The position numbers and the translations under genes are program-made. Positions 22,351 to 33,700 of a stretch of DNA of 64,000 nt are shown here, piece after piece. Numbering within the stretch: the stretch's first letter is position 1; each line of letters starts with the position of its first letter. The notes under the pieces were generated by a model that saw nothing but the letters and a program-made list of their open reading frames with translations, searched no databases and was not told the origin of the DNA. Origin of the DNA: Corallochytrium limacisporum Hawaii (taxonomy: Eukaryota > Protista > Pluriformea); NCBI GenBank assembly GCA_002811645.1, contig PDIP01000073.1:40304-104303 (forward strand). The letters run 5' to 3'.

Positions 22351-23775
22351 TCAGTGCTCACCTGCCTCAAGATGGCAAAGACTACTGAAGATCTCGTCCC
22401 AGAATTCGCCGTTCTTACCCGTCAGTCCACGGAGGTCATCATCATAGCATCCCGTCCTGGCGATATCGCTAAGGAACTCCAAGTCTTCCTCCTGTACAGT
22501 GCCGCAGTGTTCCATGAAAAAGGCATGCATGTAGTGCGTGCAGTCCATGGGACTTGGCTGGATGTCCTGACCAGTACGATTGTCATTGGTGTCTCCGCGG
22601 TACAGCAAATCCATGATCGCTCGACTGGTGGCATCACGTAGATTCTTCATGTAGTCGACGCGGGAATAGTAGGCAGTTAATTGCGCTGCTGCATCCTGAA
22701 TGGTATCCAAGTGCCTGTGTACTGCGTCCAAAAACATACTGAGAAGGACTGTCCTTTTCACTTTGCGACTGTCTAGACTATTCATACCATGCGGCCCAAT
22801 GGGCTTGACTGGCGGGGCGTTCTTCATGCTTTCAATCCCAGGCTTGCCTGCAGTCAACCATTTGGACAGAGGAGCCTCTTGAATGTCTTTATCGCCGAAC
22901 TCCAGCACGGTGGAGGTCTGCGTGAGATTTTTCGCCGTCTCATAAATCTGCTCAATGGTCTCAGAGGTTGGCACACCATAGTCCAAAGTTTCCATCCACT
23001 TTACGCTGAAAACGTCTCCCAAAAAGGTGCCAAGCTTTGCATCGTAATAGCAGGCAAAGCTGCTGTGGGTGGCATCCGCGCTGCTCACTGCATAGACTCC
23101 AGGAGTCCTCAGATTCTCCCACATACTACCACTCTCACACGCCTCCAGGTAGAACACCATGGTGTCAAACATGCCCCGCTCCTTCATCTGCTCTAGAGTA
23201 TCAAGCAGAAGCTTGGCGCTCATCAACTTTCCGTCCGGCATCAGGATGGCTCCAACGGTGCCATGGTCGACAAAGTTGATAAAAATGCGGTCATGGGGAC
23301 CGGACTGCAGAACGCGTCCTGTGCCAACGCCGCGCACGGCATCTTGATCACCCAGCAAGACCTTGACTAACGTCTCTGCGGTCACATCGGACCCTGTGTA
23401 GTCTGCAGGGACGCCATCGTACACATCCCCTCCGTTTGGATGGTTCACAACCACGCCAGGGAAGGGGTTCGCAATGTTATGAGCAATGTCATCATAGTGC
23501 ATCACAATAATACGCTCCTCCCGGAAGCCATTACGTCTGAGAATGTGGTAAGCATGGTATATATCTGCTTGATGACGGTAGTTCCACCAACCCCGGCTTC
23601 CCGCAATCAACACAGCCCAATTGTCACCTTGCTCTTGGTGGTGCCAGGGCCACCATTGGATCGGGGGTTTGTCGTCATGACCTTTGAAGTCGTGTGGTCG
23701 GTTGATCAAGACTTTGGCAGACGCTAAGGACAGGCATACTATCCACACAATAAAGGTTATGAAACCGGTTTTCAT
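22351..23775 (-). CDS. LGMN: Legumain / asparaginyl endopeptidase (peptidase C13)
   Basis: Signal peptide MKTGFITFIVWIVCLSLASA, WAVLIAGSRGWWNYRHQAD, catalytic DHG and YLEACESGSM, C-terminal prodomain. Start placed at the signal-peptide Met. Confidence 0.92.
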   Translation of the reverse strand: MKTGFITFIVWIVCLSLASAKVLINRPHDFKGHDDKPPIQWWPWHHQEQGDNWAVLIAGSRGWWNYRHQADIYHAYHILRRNGFREERIIVMHYDDIAHNIANPFPGVVVNHPNGGDVYDGVPADYTGSDVTAETLVKVLLGDQDAVRGVGTGRVLQSGPHDRIFINFVDHGTVGAILMPDGKLMSAKLLLDTLEQMKERGMFDTMVFYLEACESGSMWENLRTPGVYAVSSADATHSSFACYYDAKLGTFLGDVFSVKWMETLDYGVPTSETIEQIYETAKNLTQTSTVLEFGDKDIQEAPLSKWLTAGKPGIESMKNAPPVKPIGPHGMNSLDSRKVKRTVLLSMFLDAVHRHLDTIQDAAAQLTAYYSRVDYMKNLRDATSRAIMDLLYRGDTNDNRTGQDIQPSPMDCTHYMHAFFMEHCGTVQEEDLEFLSDIARTGCYDDDLRGLTGKNGEFWDEIFSSLCHLEAGEH

Positions 23776-24890
23776 ATTGAACACTATAAAATTGGTCGCG
23801 ACCAACACGCGTTCACCGTACACAATATTCACCCGACGTCGCTTCGTACTAGGATTCTCCGGCGTCTGTGACACACATCCATGAACCACAGAAAGCAGAC
23901 ACAGTACAACGCTCTTAAGCTTATCAAGATCACTAAGGATCACACCCACAAATACCTTTAAGATCCCACTTGTATTGACAGAAGGTGAAGGCACTGAAAA
24001 AAGCCCCTCGCGTTCAAAGAGGCCGGGCATTGGCAGCCGCTGCAGTGGGGAGGTCAGAGGTTTCCCTGTTGAGACGCGCAGGGTCGTCCAGGTGCGAAGG
24101 CCGTCCTTTCCTCCTCCACCTCCTCCATTCCTCCCCCCCCCCTTCCTTTTTCCTCCCTTGTCTCCGTTGCCCTTCAGCCTTGTCTCTCTCAACTGTGCTT
24201 CTTTTGCTGTTGGAGTTGGATGGGTCTCGAGAAGAAAAAGAAAGAGGAGCAGGACCGGGAAGACAATAAGTTTCCCCCTTGTAGGAGCGTCCCTGTTTTC
24301 CGTACACCTGCCTGCAGGTTCCTTTCGAACGCTGGTCCTTGCGCGGCAGGGTATGAACGGTGTGAAGGTTCGCAGTGGACGACCTGGTGGGGAGGGGGGT
24401 TTGGGGAAGCCGTACGGGTGGGTACCACGGTAGGTACAATTTATTGCTTTGGCGCCCGGAAAGCGATGAGAGCTGATGAAGCCACCCTTCCTCACTTACC
24501 GGACTCACCCACTGCAATGGTCAAGGACTGGCATGTGAGGGTCCTTTATCTCGAGGGAAGCGAGAACTGGGCACCCCCTTTGTCAGGTGTCAACTTACTA
24601 TGCACGGTGGAAACGAGGGGTCACGGAGAGCGTGCTCTCGGTGAGTAGGGTATTGAGAGGCTGGGGGGCACTGGCCGTTTGGGTTCAAAAAATGTCAGTA
24701 TATAGAAAGAACTAGCAAGCGTTGGGGGGGGGGGGCGGGGGTGTGCCTGTGTGCAACCAGGTACCTAAGACCAGCGGGCGGTCGGAAATGTGACCACGGC
24801 CGGTGGGTCCACATGCTATCGCGCCCATGAGGACTAAGGTACTGGCTTTCTGAGTTGGAGCGACAGAGATCCCCTTCACAATGAGACAAA

Positions 24891-25856
24891 ATGACCATGA
24901 GGGCAGCGGCGACTAGGACAGTACGCATCGGTGGTAGTGCTCCGCGAGGTACGTTCTGCAGGGCCGTTAGGGACTATGCACGGCGCGTCAGGAGAGGAAT
25001 TCAAACCAACGACACTGACGTCGAGGACAAATATGACGGCGACAAGTTCAAATTGCCTGTCCAATTTGATCACGCACTCATAGACCGGGTCGGTAAATTT
25101 ACTGAGGAAGAAGTTGAAGCTGTCTTTCAATCCGGCAGCTTGTCAGCTGTAAGTCCTGAAGATCCGGTGCTGGACTCGAGGCACATTGCAGTTCCAGAGG
25201 TGGGCGATATCGACACCCAAGCATTTGTTAAAAGGGCCAGGAAGCTCTTCAGTGGAGACAAAGAATTCGTGCAAGGTGCTCCCACATTCTCACAGATCCG
25301 GAAACTCAAAAATCTGCCAGAGTTTGTCTTTGTCGGACACACCAATGCCGGCAAGTCAAGCCTATTGAATGCTCTACTCTTTGGCGCGCCTCTGGCGAGG
25401 GTCAGTGCCAAGGCCGGGCACACAAAGATGCTCAATTTTTACAGAGTGGGAGGGTCGTTGACAATTTGCGATGCACCGGGGTACGGGAAGGGTGGCTTCC
25501 GAAGCCAATTGGACACTATTGGTGACTATATCTCCTTCCGCAAAGCACTCAAAGCAGCCTTCTTGCTGGTTGATGCAAGTAAGGGATGGCAAAACTTTGA
25601 TGAGATCATGCTGTCATTGCTTCAAAGCTTGCACCGCGTCCCGTATGGAGTAGTGCTGACCAAGTGTGATTTGCTTGAGAGTGAAGACCTGGAGGATATG
25701 GGACTGGCCTTAGAACAAATGTTAACGGATCATCCCATGGCTATTTCTCGTGTGATCGCAACAAGTGCCGGCGACAGTAGTGACCTTCAGGTCGAAATGG
25801 ATACTCTACGGGCCCTAATTTGGGGCATTTCTCGGGACTCGTCAAGGCGATGTTGA
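24891..25856 (+). CDS. EngB/YihA-family GTPase (GTPBP8/Mrx8-like), probably mitochondrial
   Basis: G1 GHTNAGKSS, G2 GHT, G3 DAPGYG, G4 TKCD. Arg-rich N-terminus resembling a presequence. Confidence 0.88.
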   Translation: MTMRAAATRTVRIGGSAPRGTFCRAVRDYARRVRRGIQTNDTDVEDKYDGDKFKLPVQFDHALIDRVGKFTEEEVEAVFQSGSLSAVSPEDPVLDSRHIAVPEVGDIDTQAFVKRARKLFSGDKEFVQGAPTFSQIRKLKNLPEFVFVGHTNAGKSSLLNALLFGAPLARVSAKAGHTKMLNFYRVGGSLTICDAPGYGKGGFRSQLDTIGDYISFRKALKAAFLLVDASKGWQNFDEIMLSLLQSLHRVPYGVVLTKCDLLESEDLEDMGLALEQMLTDHPMAISRVIATSAGDSSDLQVEMDTLRALIWGISRDSSRRC

Positions 25857-26054
25857 AGGAGAATCACTATGGGCACAAATTAGAAGCTCTAGATTGTTTT
25901 TTTGATGGTTACAGATTTTGTATTTTTGACAGACTGTTTGGCTTTAAGATTGGTACATGTATAGGGTCCACACAGACCGGATTAAGATTGGGTATATGTT
26001 ACTCTCTCAAGAACACAATTGAAGTTTACAAAAGTTTCATGGGACGCAATTGCT

Positions 26055-27737
26055 TTAGAAGCCGAAGAAAGAGGAGGCACGACGGCGAGCCGGGCCGGTT
26101 CCGTCCTCCGTGTCAATGGGTGGGTCATCATCTTCCTCGTCGTCGCCGCCATCAGTGTCAGTATCGTTGCCGGCGGTCGTGCAGAAAAGATCCCTAGACA
26201 GGTCACCATCGCAGACCAGGTCATCATCCGATTCCTGTGTACAACCAATGAATTCAGAATTCTCGGAATCCCAGCAGAGTCCACCAAGGTCAGCGGGTGG
26301 CGAAACCTTCGTGCAAACAAGGCTGTCTGTGAGGTCGCCCTGGCAAACCAAGTCATCGCCGTCACACTCTTTGAAAACCCTTTCGGAAGCGTCCCAGCAT
26401 GTTTCACCCTCCGCGGCTGTCGGCTCCTCGCAGGTGCCCGAAGTGCCGTTGAGAACGGCACATTCGAGTCCTTCGATACAGATGGGAAGCCCCTCAGTGT
26501 CACACTCTCCACCAACGTCGCTGTCGGCAACGCAAGCTCCTGTCTCGCTGTCGCACTGAGTTCCATCGCAGCAATCCAATGCATCCTCACCGATGCAACG
26601 ACCCTCGGACTCATCTCCAGCCAGCAGGCAGGTACCACTGCAGTAGGTTTGCTGGGCCAGCTGGCAGCTCCAATCACCAGTATCGTCGTCATTCGCAACA
26701 CAAACCAGATCCTCGGCGCACAGGTAGCTCCAGTCGTTGGCAGCCTCGTAGCAGGGCTGGCCCACTTGGCGGTATTGAACGCAGTTGGCAACATCAGCGT
26801 CAAGGTCAAAATGGCAGTAGGAATCATCACAGCAGGAAAGTTCAGTTTCCTCGGAAGCGCATGCGCCAGGGTACGCACCGGCCTCAAAGCACGTCACACA
26901 GCGAAGGACCTCTTGGTCTCCGTATGGCAATTCAGCGGTAGTGTTAAGGCACTGGTCCTCGGGATACAGGCGGGGGGGACACTTCAAGTCCGCCTCGGGG
27001 TCACACAGCCATTCTCCCAGGCTAGTTTGATTGAAGCAGACTTCATCCTCTTGGCGGTACTCAATGCAGATAGAAAACTCCTCGTCGGGGAAAACAGTAT
27101 CGCAATAAGAACCCTCGCAGCAATCAAGCTCTTCGAGGCCGCACTCACCGAGGTACTGTTCAGGTGGCAGGCAAACCAATGGTTCACGGCAGTCACGGCT
27201 GTGGCCAGTCAGGGCATCAGGGGGACATTCGAGGTCGGGCAGGCACTCGTACTCAGAGGCAGGGTCTGTACTGTTATCGTAGCACGCCTGGCCCACTTCT
27301 CGGTATGGAAGGCAGGTGTCATACTCGGCATTCGAGCCGTCGAGGCCACAGTATGTGAAGTTGCCTTGGCCACAGCATTCAAGGTCCCCCAGGCTGCACT
27401 CATTAGGGTATTCATCTCCTTCTGGCAGACACTCCAGTACTTCACGGCATTGACGGCTTTCACCAGTGTCGGCATCAGGAGGGCATTCCAGATTAGGGGC
27501 GCACTGGTAATCAATGTCGGGCATTTCACTGTCATAGCAGACATCACCAACTTGGCCGAAAGCCGTGCACTCACTGAATGTCGCGTTAAGAGCCAAACAG
27601 TACGAAAGAGGACAACAGTCACGCTCGTCATCCGCAAGGTTACACATCGCGCCTTCTTCAAAGCAGGTGTCTTCATCCTGGGCGAAGGACACGGTGGCAC
27701 TCAAAGCCAGCAGGCTGACGACGGAAAGGAAACGCAT
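26055..27737 (-). CDS. Secreted acidic cysteine-rich tandem-repeat protein
   Basis: Signal peptide MRFLSVVSLLALSATVSFA. About five Cys-patterned repeats of 70-95 aa plus two partial modules. D/E-rich with several N-glycosylation sequons. Confidence 0.85.
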   Translation of the reverse strand: MRFLSVVSLLALSATVSFAQDEDTCFEEGAMCNLADDERDCCPLSYCLALNATFSECTAFGQVGDVCYDSEMPDIDYQCAPNLECPPDADTGESRQCREVLECLPEGDEYPNECSLGDLECCGQGNFTYCGLDGSNAEYDTCLPYREVGQACYDNSTDPASEYECLPDLECPPDALTGHSRDCREPLVCLPPEQYLGECGLEELDCCEGSYCDTVFPDEEFSICIEYRQEDEVCFNQTSLGEWLCDPEADLKCPPRLYPEDQCLNTTAELPYGDQEVLRCVTCFEAGAYPGACASEETELSCCDDSYCHFDLDADVANCVQYRQVGQPCYEAANDWSYLCAEDLVCVANDDDTGDWSCQLAQQTYCSGTCLLAGDESEGRCIGEDALDCCDGTQCDSETGACVADSDVGGECDTEGLPICIEGLECAVLNGTSGTCEEPTAAEGETCWDASERVFKECDGDDLVCQGDLTDSLVCTKVSPPADLGGLCWDSENSEFIGCTQESDDDLVCDGDLSRDLFCTTAGNDTDTDGGDDEEDDDPPIDTEDGTGPARRRASSFFGF

Positions 27738-30700
27738 GTTGCTCTGGTTTATTATCTTTGCGAATTGTGTCCAAAGGCAATAAGATTTGAGCAGATGCAC
27801 TTAGGGTGTTGTCGGTTTGGCGCCTTACGTACCTTCTTCGATCCCTAAGCGTCGACTAAGCAATTGAAAGTATGTCATGCTTAACATAGACCCTGTTCCA
27901 CTTACTTGTGTGTGTGTGTGTGTTTGGATCGCTGTTTCGTAGTTGGGTCCTTGTTGCTACCATACCATCCTTATTTCTAACAAACTGCATGAAGTCTCGT
28001 GTATGGAGGGATTTTGTCCCCATAATTTCCACACGGCAAATGATCAGGTGCAAATAGAGCTACAACGAAGATTGAAGAAGAACAGCAAGCGCACATGAAA
28101 CCAGCGCCCACCGGCCATGGTCCACCTCCGCACTGAAACTTGGGCTACAACAGAATACTGATCCAAAGCCATTTTTCAGAAGGAGCGGAAAAATCTCTTT
28201 CGAATCTGATATCCGTAGGGCGGCTGTGACGATGATTCGCATGCGAGTGCTGACCTCAGTGGATGTCGGTCTAACCTACCTCTGTGTTGTGGTGGGTGAG
28301 AGCAATTACAACAGCTGGATCCAGAGTGAATGGGGTGTTATGATCTGATCACACAACTTTCCGTGGATCTTACTTGGATACTTTTTATCCGATGGGGTGA
28401 GTGACCGCGTCGAAGGTTAGTGGGATCGAAAGGACGGAAGAAACCGCGCGGCCGTTGTCGATCATTGAACGCCGTCATTCTGAACCGACTGCTTCATACC
28501 CCGAGGTCCCTGCTCTCTGCTGGTTTCACTTCCGCCTTTCTCCTTCCCCCCTCCTCATGACTTCCGTCTCCTCGTCCCTTCCCCGCTGGACCCGCGCCCT
28601 CAGGGGCCCATCTCCTGTTAAACCCAAACCAAGGGAAGTTGTGTTTCATTTCGGCGCGTGAATCTTGAATATAGATCCTATAGTGGGCCAATGTTGAGGA
28701 GGGAGCGAAAGGGGAAGTCATCGAAAAAAGGGGACAACCCGACAGTGTGGCAGCTGAGTTCTCGTTGTCCTGGTCCCGAACAAAAGCCGGGTACCCCGAA
28801 CGGTGAAAAAGCCAATTCCATAATTCGAAGTACGAATGCATAATACAAAGCCACTCAAACATTTCTAAATATATTTATTATGTGATTCTCAAGAATTATC
28901 ACCGCCATACCAGTACGATCTATTTTGTTTCCCGTTGCAGATTGCCGATTCTTGTGCCCTTCTCCCTCTCCCGCTTTCGTTACAATCGCTTTCCCCACCC
29001 TTTCCCCTTCTCCCTGTCCGCCGAGACGTGCGTAGAGGACGAGAGACCCGGGCTTGAGTGGAGCGGGCCCCCGGGGGGGGGGGGTGGAGAGGGCGTTTTG
29101 GCCGCTGCGGGACGTTCCACCTGGCTTCTCCCGGCGGTCATTACCGCGCTGAAATTCGGGTACACCGCCGGCAGCAAACGGTGTGGACAGACCGGACCCG
29201 TTCTTCGATGTGTGCTATGCGTCAGCTCGACACGCCTTGTTGTCCATCGGTTGGGGGGGGGGGACATCGGGTCTGTGCAATTCACGTATACGATGTCGGC
29301 GACAAAATAATTCAGGTAAATGATATATACGATAATATCCGTGTTTCGCATGGATTTCTGACGGGGACGGCTTTCCCCACTGCCGTCCTGCTCTTTGCCG
29401 TCTCAAAACCGAGAACGCGCTTTGTGGCATATCCTCGCACGCGCTCTGGACTCCCAGTACGTTCAATATAGACATAGCCAGACATGATGCTATCATTTGC
29501 AGCAATAATAGTTGCTGATGAGTGGAGTATTGCCTCAATGTGTTCAAGTGATCTCTATACATAGCCGAAATCAACGATATGCGCAATTGTCGTTGTTTCC
29601 AAGATTCGGTGGAAGGACATGGGCTCAAACAATGACAAGCTCCGTTTATCGAGATTTCAGAGATTAATTGAAGTTAAATGACGTCGGGTTTCTGATCACT
29701 GTTTTGTTTGTGTGCTGGTGATTCCATGCTTTGTTGCTGGGCACTCTCGGCCGTGGGCTCCAACGGACACAAAAAATACACTTAAAAAGCATCGCGTTGA
29801 GGAGCCTGCCCAGCAGTTGATAAATTCTGACATCACCAGGCCGCCTTGCACCAGTTTCTGGTCGAACAGATTCAGACGGTAGGTCCTTGTTTTCTATGGG
29901 AAATATATGCTCTGTTGGACATTTGAAAGTTCCCTGAATCTTCCAACAATGTCCCAGTGGACGTCCCGCCGCAGAATTCGGAGCTCACACTTCTCTGAAC
30001 TAACCTTTTCGTTCGAATATAACCCGCGCCGGAGTCGGGGTACATTCACCACACAACCGTGACCTATACCTCTGTTTATTTCGAATATTTCTCAACTTTT
30101 TCCGGTCATTCCAGTAGGACACGCAAAATCGTTCCATTCCGTGCGTTTCATCCCACTGAAAGGCATCTAAAATTCCCCTCGCTGGTCGTTACATCACCCA
30201 TTCCTCCGGATCGCCGCAGATAACATGCCCATCCATTCAAACCTGCCATGGGTTTGGAATGCCGTTCCATCCTCCTCAGCTAGTTCGCGCCTGCGCGTTG
30301 CGTGTTCCGTGGGTGTAGGTGGGGTTGGGGTGGTCATGCTCAGTTAGAAGACGCAGAGACGAGAAAAACGAGGCTCTGGCTTTTTCCTTAACCCTCCCCG
30401 CTGCGTCAAACCGGCAAACATCTGTCACCACCGGCTGTTGTGCTGCGAGAGTCGCAATTCAAGGGAGAGATTCACAGACGTTGCGGATGCCCACCACAGT
30501 GCTGAGGTCGCGACCAGCGACCAGCCCATCAGCCAATCCCCTGCAGAGGAATGAAAAAGATCAATTCCAAATCAACTGGTCGAGTTGTAGCAGGGAGAGT
30601 ACATCGGCATTGTGTGATCTATGTATCTGTCTATTCCTTTCTCTTGCATGCACGTTGAGCGAAATAGTATATAGTTTTAATTGGTGTGCCTCTCGCGTCC

Positions 30701-33700
30701 CCTCCCTCGAATTTCGCATTTCCATTCCATTTGTTTCCATCTCTAAGCCACGGTCGTCCTCCTTCATCGTCCGTGCGTGTCATCGTCGGACGTTGAACCG
30801 TCCGGACGGTAAGGTGACGTTGGCTATCTGATAGTGAATACGGGAAATGTATAGATATTTTGAAAATATTGCTATTGAATTGTGTCTAATTCACTATGAC
30901 TTAGTTTTCTTTTACGCATTATTTTTTTTCATAGATGCTCAAGGTGACAGAGTGGTTGCAACTTCTTTCCCTGCCTGCCCATCCAGGGAGATCATCACAT
31001 TATGTAACTTACCATTGCCCGTGCACCATTCTATTGGGCATCTATTGCGAAGCGTCGTGTATGCATGTGACATAGACACAGAATGCCAATGTCGGCGAGG
31101 TGCATTTAACTAAGGCTCCAACAAAAGTCTCTGCCAGATCCCAAGCCAGCGTAGTCCAGTATGTGAGATCTACGGGGAGCATCCCCCTAGAAAGGTTTAA
31201 TCACACCCACCATGTTATGGCATCTGCGTGAAGGTTTGACCATACCCTTGATGAAAGATGATACCCTAAGGCTACATACAGGAAGGTGTTGTGTGGTTGA
31301 ACAAACCACAAATGTTATATTGGAAGTCTGGGAGTGTACGGATGATGGATGAGTAATGGACTCTACTGTAGAATTGGAGGGGTGGCCAAGGCGGAAGAAA
31401 ATTGGAACATTCCCTCCCTGCTCTCCCTACTTCGCTCCATTTCTTCGAAATATGGTCAGTTGGATAACCATACTTTTAGGTAACATTCCAACCCAGTTGA
31501 GGAGGGCTGAGCGAGGAGTGGAACTCACGTTTCCCATACCGGCCCGGAGTCCTCCAATCTGTGCGAGGAAATAGGAACCGATCGAAGGCCATACAAAGAT
31601 GTAACTTCGTTCTCTGAATTTTTCTGACTTGTCTGCCGCCATGTAACGGGTAGGTGCTATATGTTCTAGTCTTTGTAAGCGGACATATATCTAGTCATCA
31701 AGAAAGCAGACATAGCCTACCATTGATGCTAAATTCCGGCTAAGCGATGATGTCGGGTTGCGACACACTTCCTAGTTATGAGTCTATTCATAGTGCTTGC
31801 TATATGATGCATTTCGGATGCCAGCTCGCTTTCTGTGTGTCTCCTGCAGTGTACAATTATCTCTTTCTGCACATTCGGACTCATTGGCTGGTCTGTGTGC
31901 TCACCAGATGTGGTTCCTGTACTAGAGGGATCTAGGAACAATTGTGACTTAGCAATGCCCTGACACATTCTGCTCGCAACCCAAAGTTGTTTACTAGAGG
32001 GCAGTCCGCCACACTTGTTTACAGCTCGAGCGAATCAAGAAAAGAATGAAAGAAGGAAACGGCCGCGGCGGCGGCAGAAAGTACTACACGTTATGGGCGG
32101 CGACTTGAGGGAGCAGAAGAAGGATGTGCAGCAAAGTTTGGAAACGAACGTGGTGTGGCACCGCGAGTCATGGCGGCTTGCATAGTCTCTCGGAACCGGA
32201 TCCTTGGGGAGGGTCCGAGGTAGTATGTACCGGTTCTTAAGCATTCGAACATATTCTAGATCACAAGAAACTTGGCTGCATCAGCAAAATTTCAAGCAGA
32301 GATACACATGAGGTGTGGACGAGAAAAAGATGCTGGAGAGAGCATGTCCTGAACCCATGAACGAGCGTCCCAGGCAAGGCCGAAAGTGTGGAATAGAGGG
32401 TTACACATTTTGCTTCTGCCCCAATTGCTCGGTGGGTGCCCCCCTACCCAATCTTTTTTGTGCACCAGTCGTATTATGACAGCCCAGGACCATTCGCCAA
32501 AGAATCGTCGATAAACTTCTTGCCACGCCAGTAACTAGCCCCATCACCTTTTCCCAGACGATACCCCCAAGACGTTATACCGAAGAATACAACTTTGTCT
32601 CGTGAAGGGGGACAGTTTGTTTCACAGTCATCGAATAAATCCCATTCTCACTCATCCAAATGATGAAATATCGCACCTGTAGCTTGTTCACTGGTAGCGG
32701 GAAATATATGGATTAGCACATCACCCCTGAGAGTCTATAGTCCTGAGCACTGTGCGGTTCCTCTGCAGCTCTTGATCAGGAGAGATAAAAACAGGTGCTT
32801 ATGCTGCTGTGCAATCGCATGTTCATGAGACTGTGACTCATGTTTCATGTGAGTGTGACAAACACAATGATGTGGCGGTACATTGAAGACTTGCCAAAGG
32901 AAGCAGGTCTTAAAGTATGCGCAGGTCTGTGTAGGCTGCTGAGGTAATGGTGATTAAACCAGCAGATCCTCTTCCCCTAAGCACATCGATCAACTGATGA
33001 CTTTATCTATTGCTGAGACAGCATGCCAAGAAAGTGTCTGCTGTTTTGTTCAGGTCATACACAACAACTACGGGATTATCTCAAGTGAAACCAAAAGATG
33101 CGGGGGCTAGGACACGAGTCATAACATATTGGCAGCAGCGGAGGTGTGCTACGAGCGGGACACCGACGTTGGGTCGAAATAATCCTGGTCCAAGGTGGCA
33201 ACTCTGTTTATTTACATTGCGGTCATGCCGGCTTCTTTATTCAAGTGGCGCCCTCGGTTGAAAACTGTCCGTACATTCTCGTCCGTGCGGGGAGATAATT
33301 GTGGGCAGCTGACGGAAGCGTTTGGCCGGGCTCCACCGTTTCTGCTGGCTATAGGACATGTATTCGAAATGGAGCGCAGTGTGAATTGTTTTGGTTTCAG
33401 ACATTTTTCCCGAACATTCCCCCCCCGGGGGGGCGGACCAAGAGAGGTAACTGAAGTACAGGACAGGATTCCTTTCCTATCCGCGCTGGGGCCCGTGACT
33501 TTGAGTCACCAGCTCGCTCCCAGCCAGTGTGTTCTCGTCTGTGTCGCATCAATGGCCATAAAGTACTCTATAACTTTCGATCATCGTTCCTGTGCACCGC
33601 ACCTCTGTCGCGGTACTTTGATCACACCAGTTTCAGGCATCGAACTACAAGTTTCCAGTCTATCCGGCTATACAGCAGACTCATCTTCACGGTAACGATG

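Noticed and set aside
24494-24650. ACTTACC start resembling U1 snRNA
   Set aside because: No Sm site and no convincing U1-70K or U1A loops. Better explained as a minus-strand GTAAGT donor.
26019-27848. 609-aa plus-strand ORF antisense to the Cys-rich gene
   Set aside because: Antisense mirror with a TTG start. The minus-strand frame has the signal peptide and conserved Cys periodicity.
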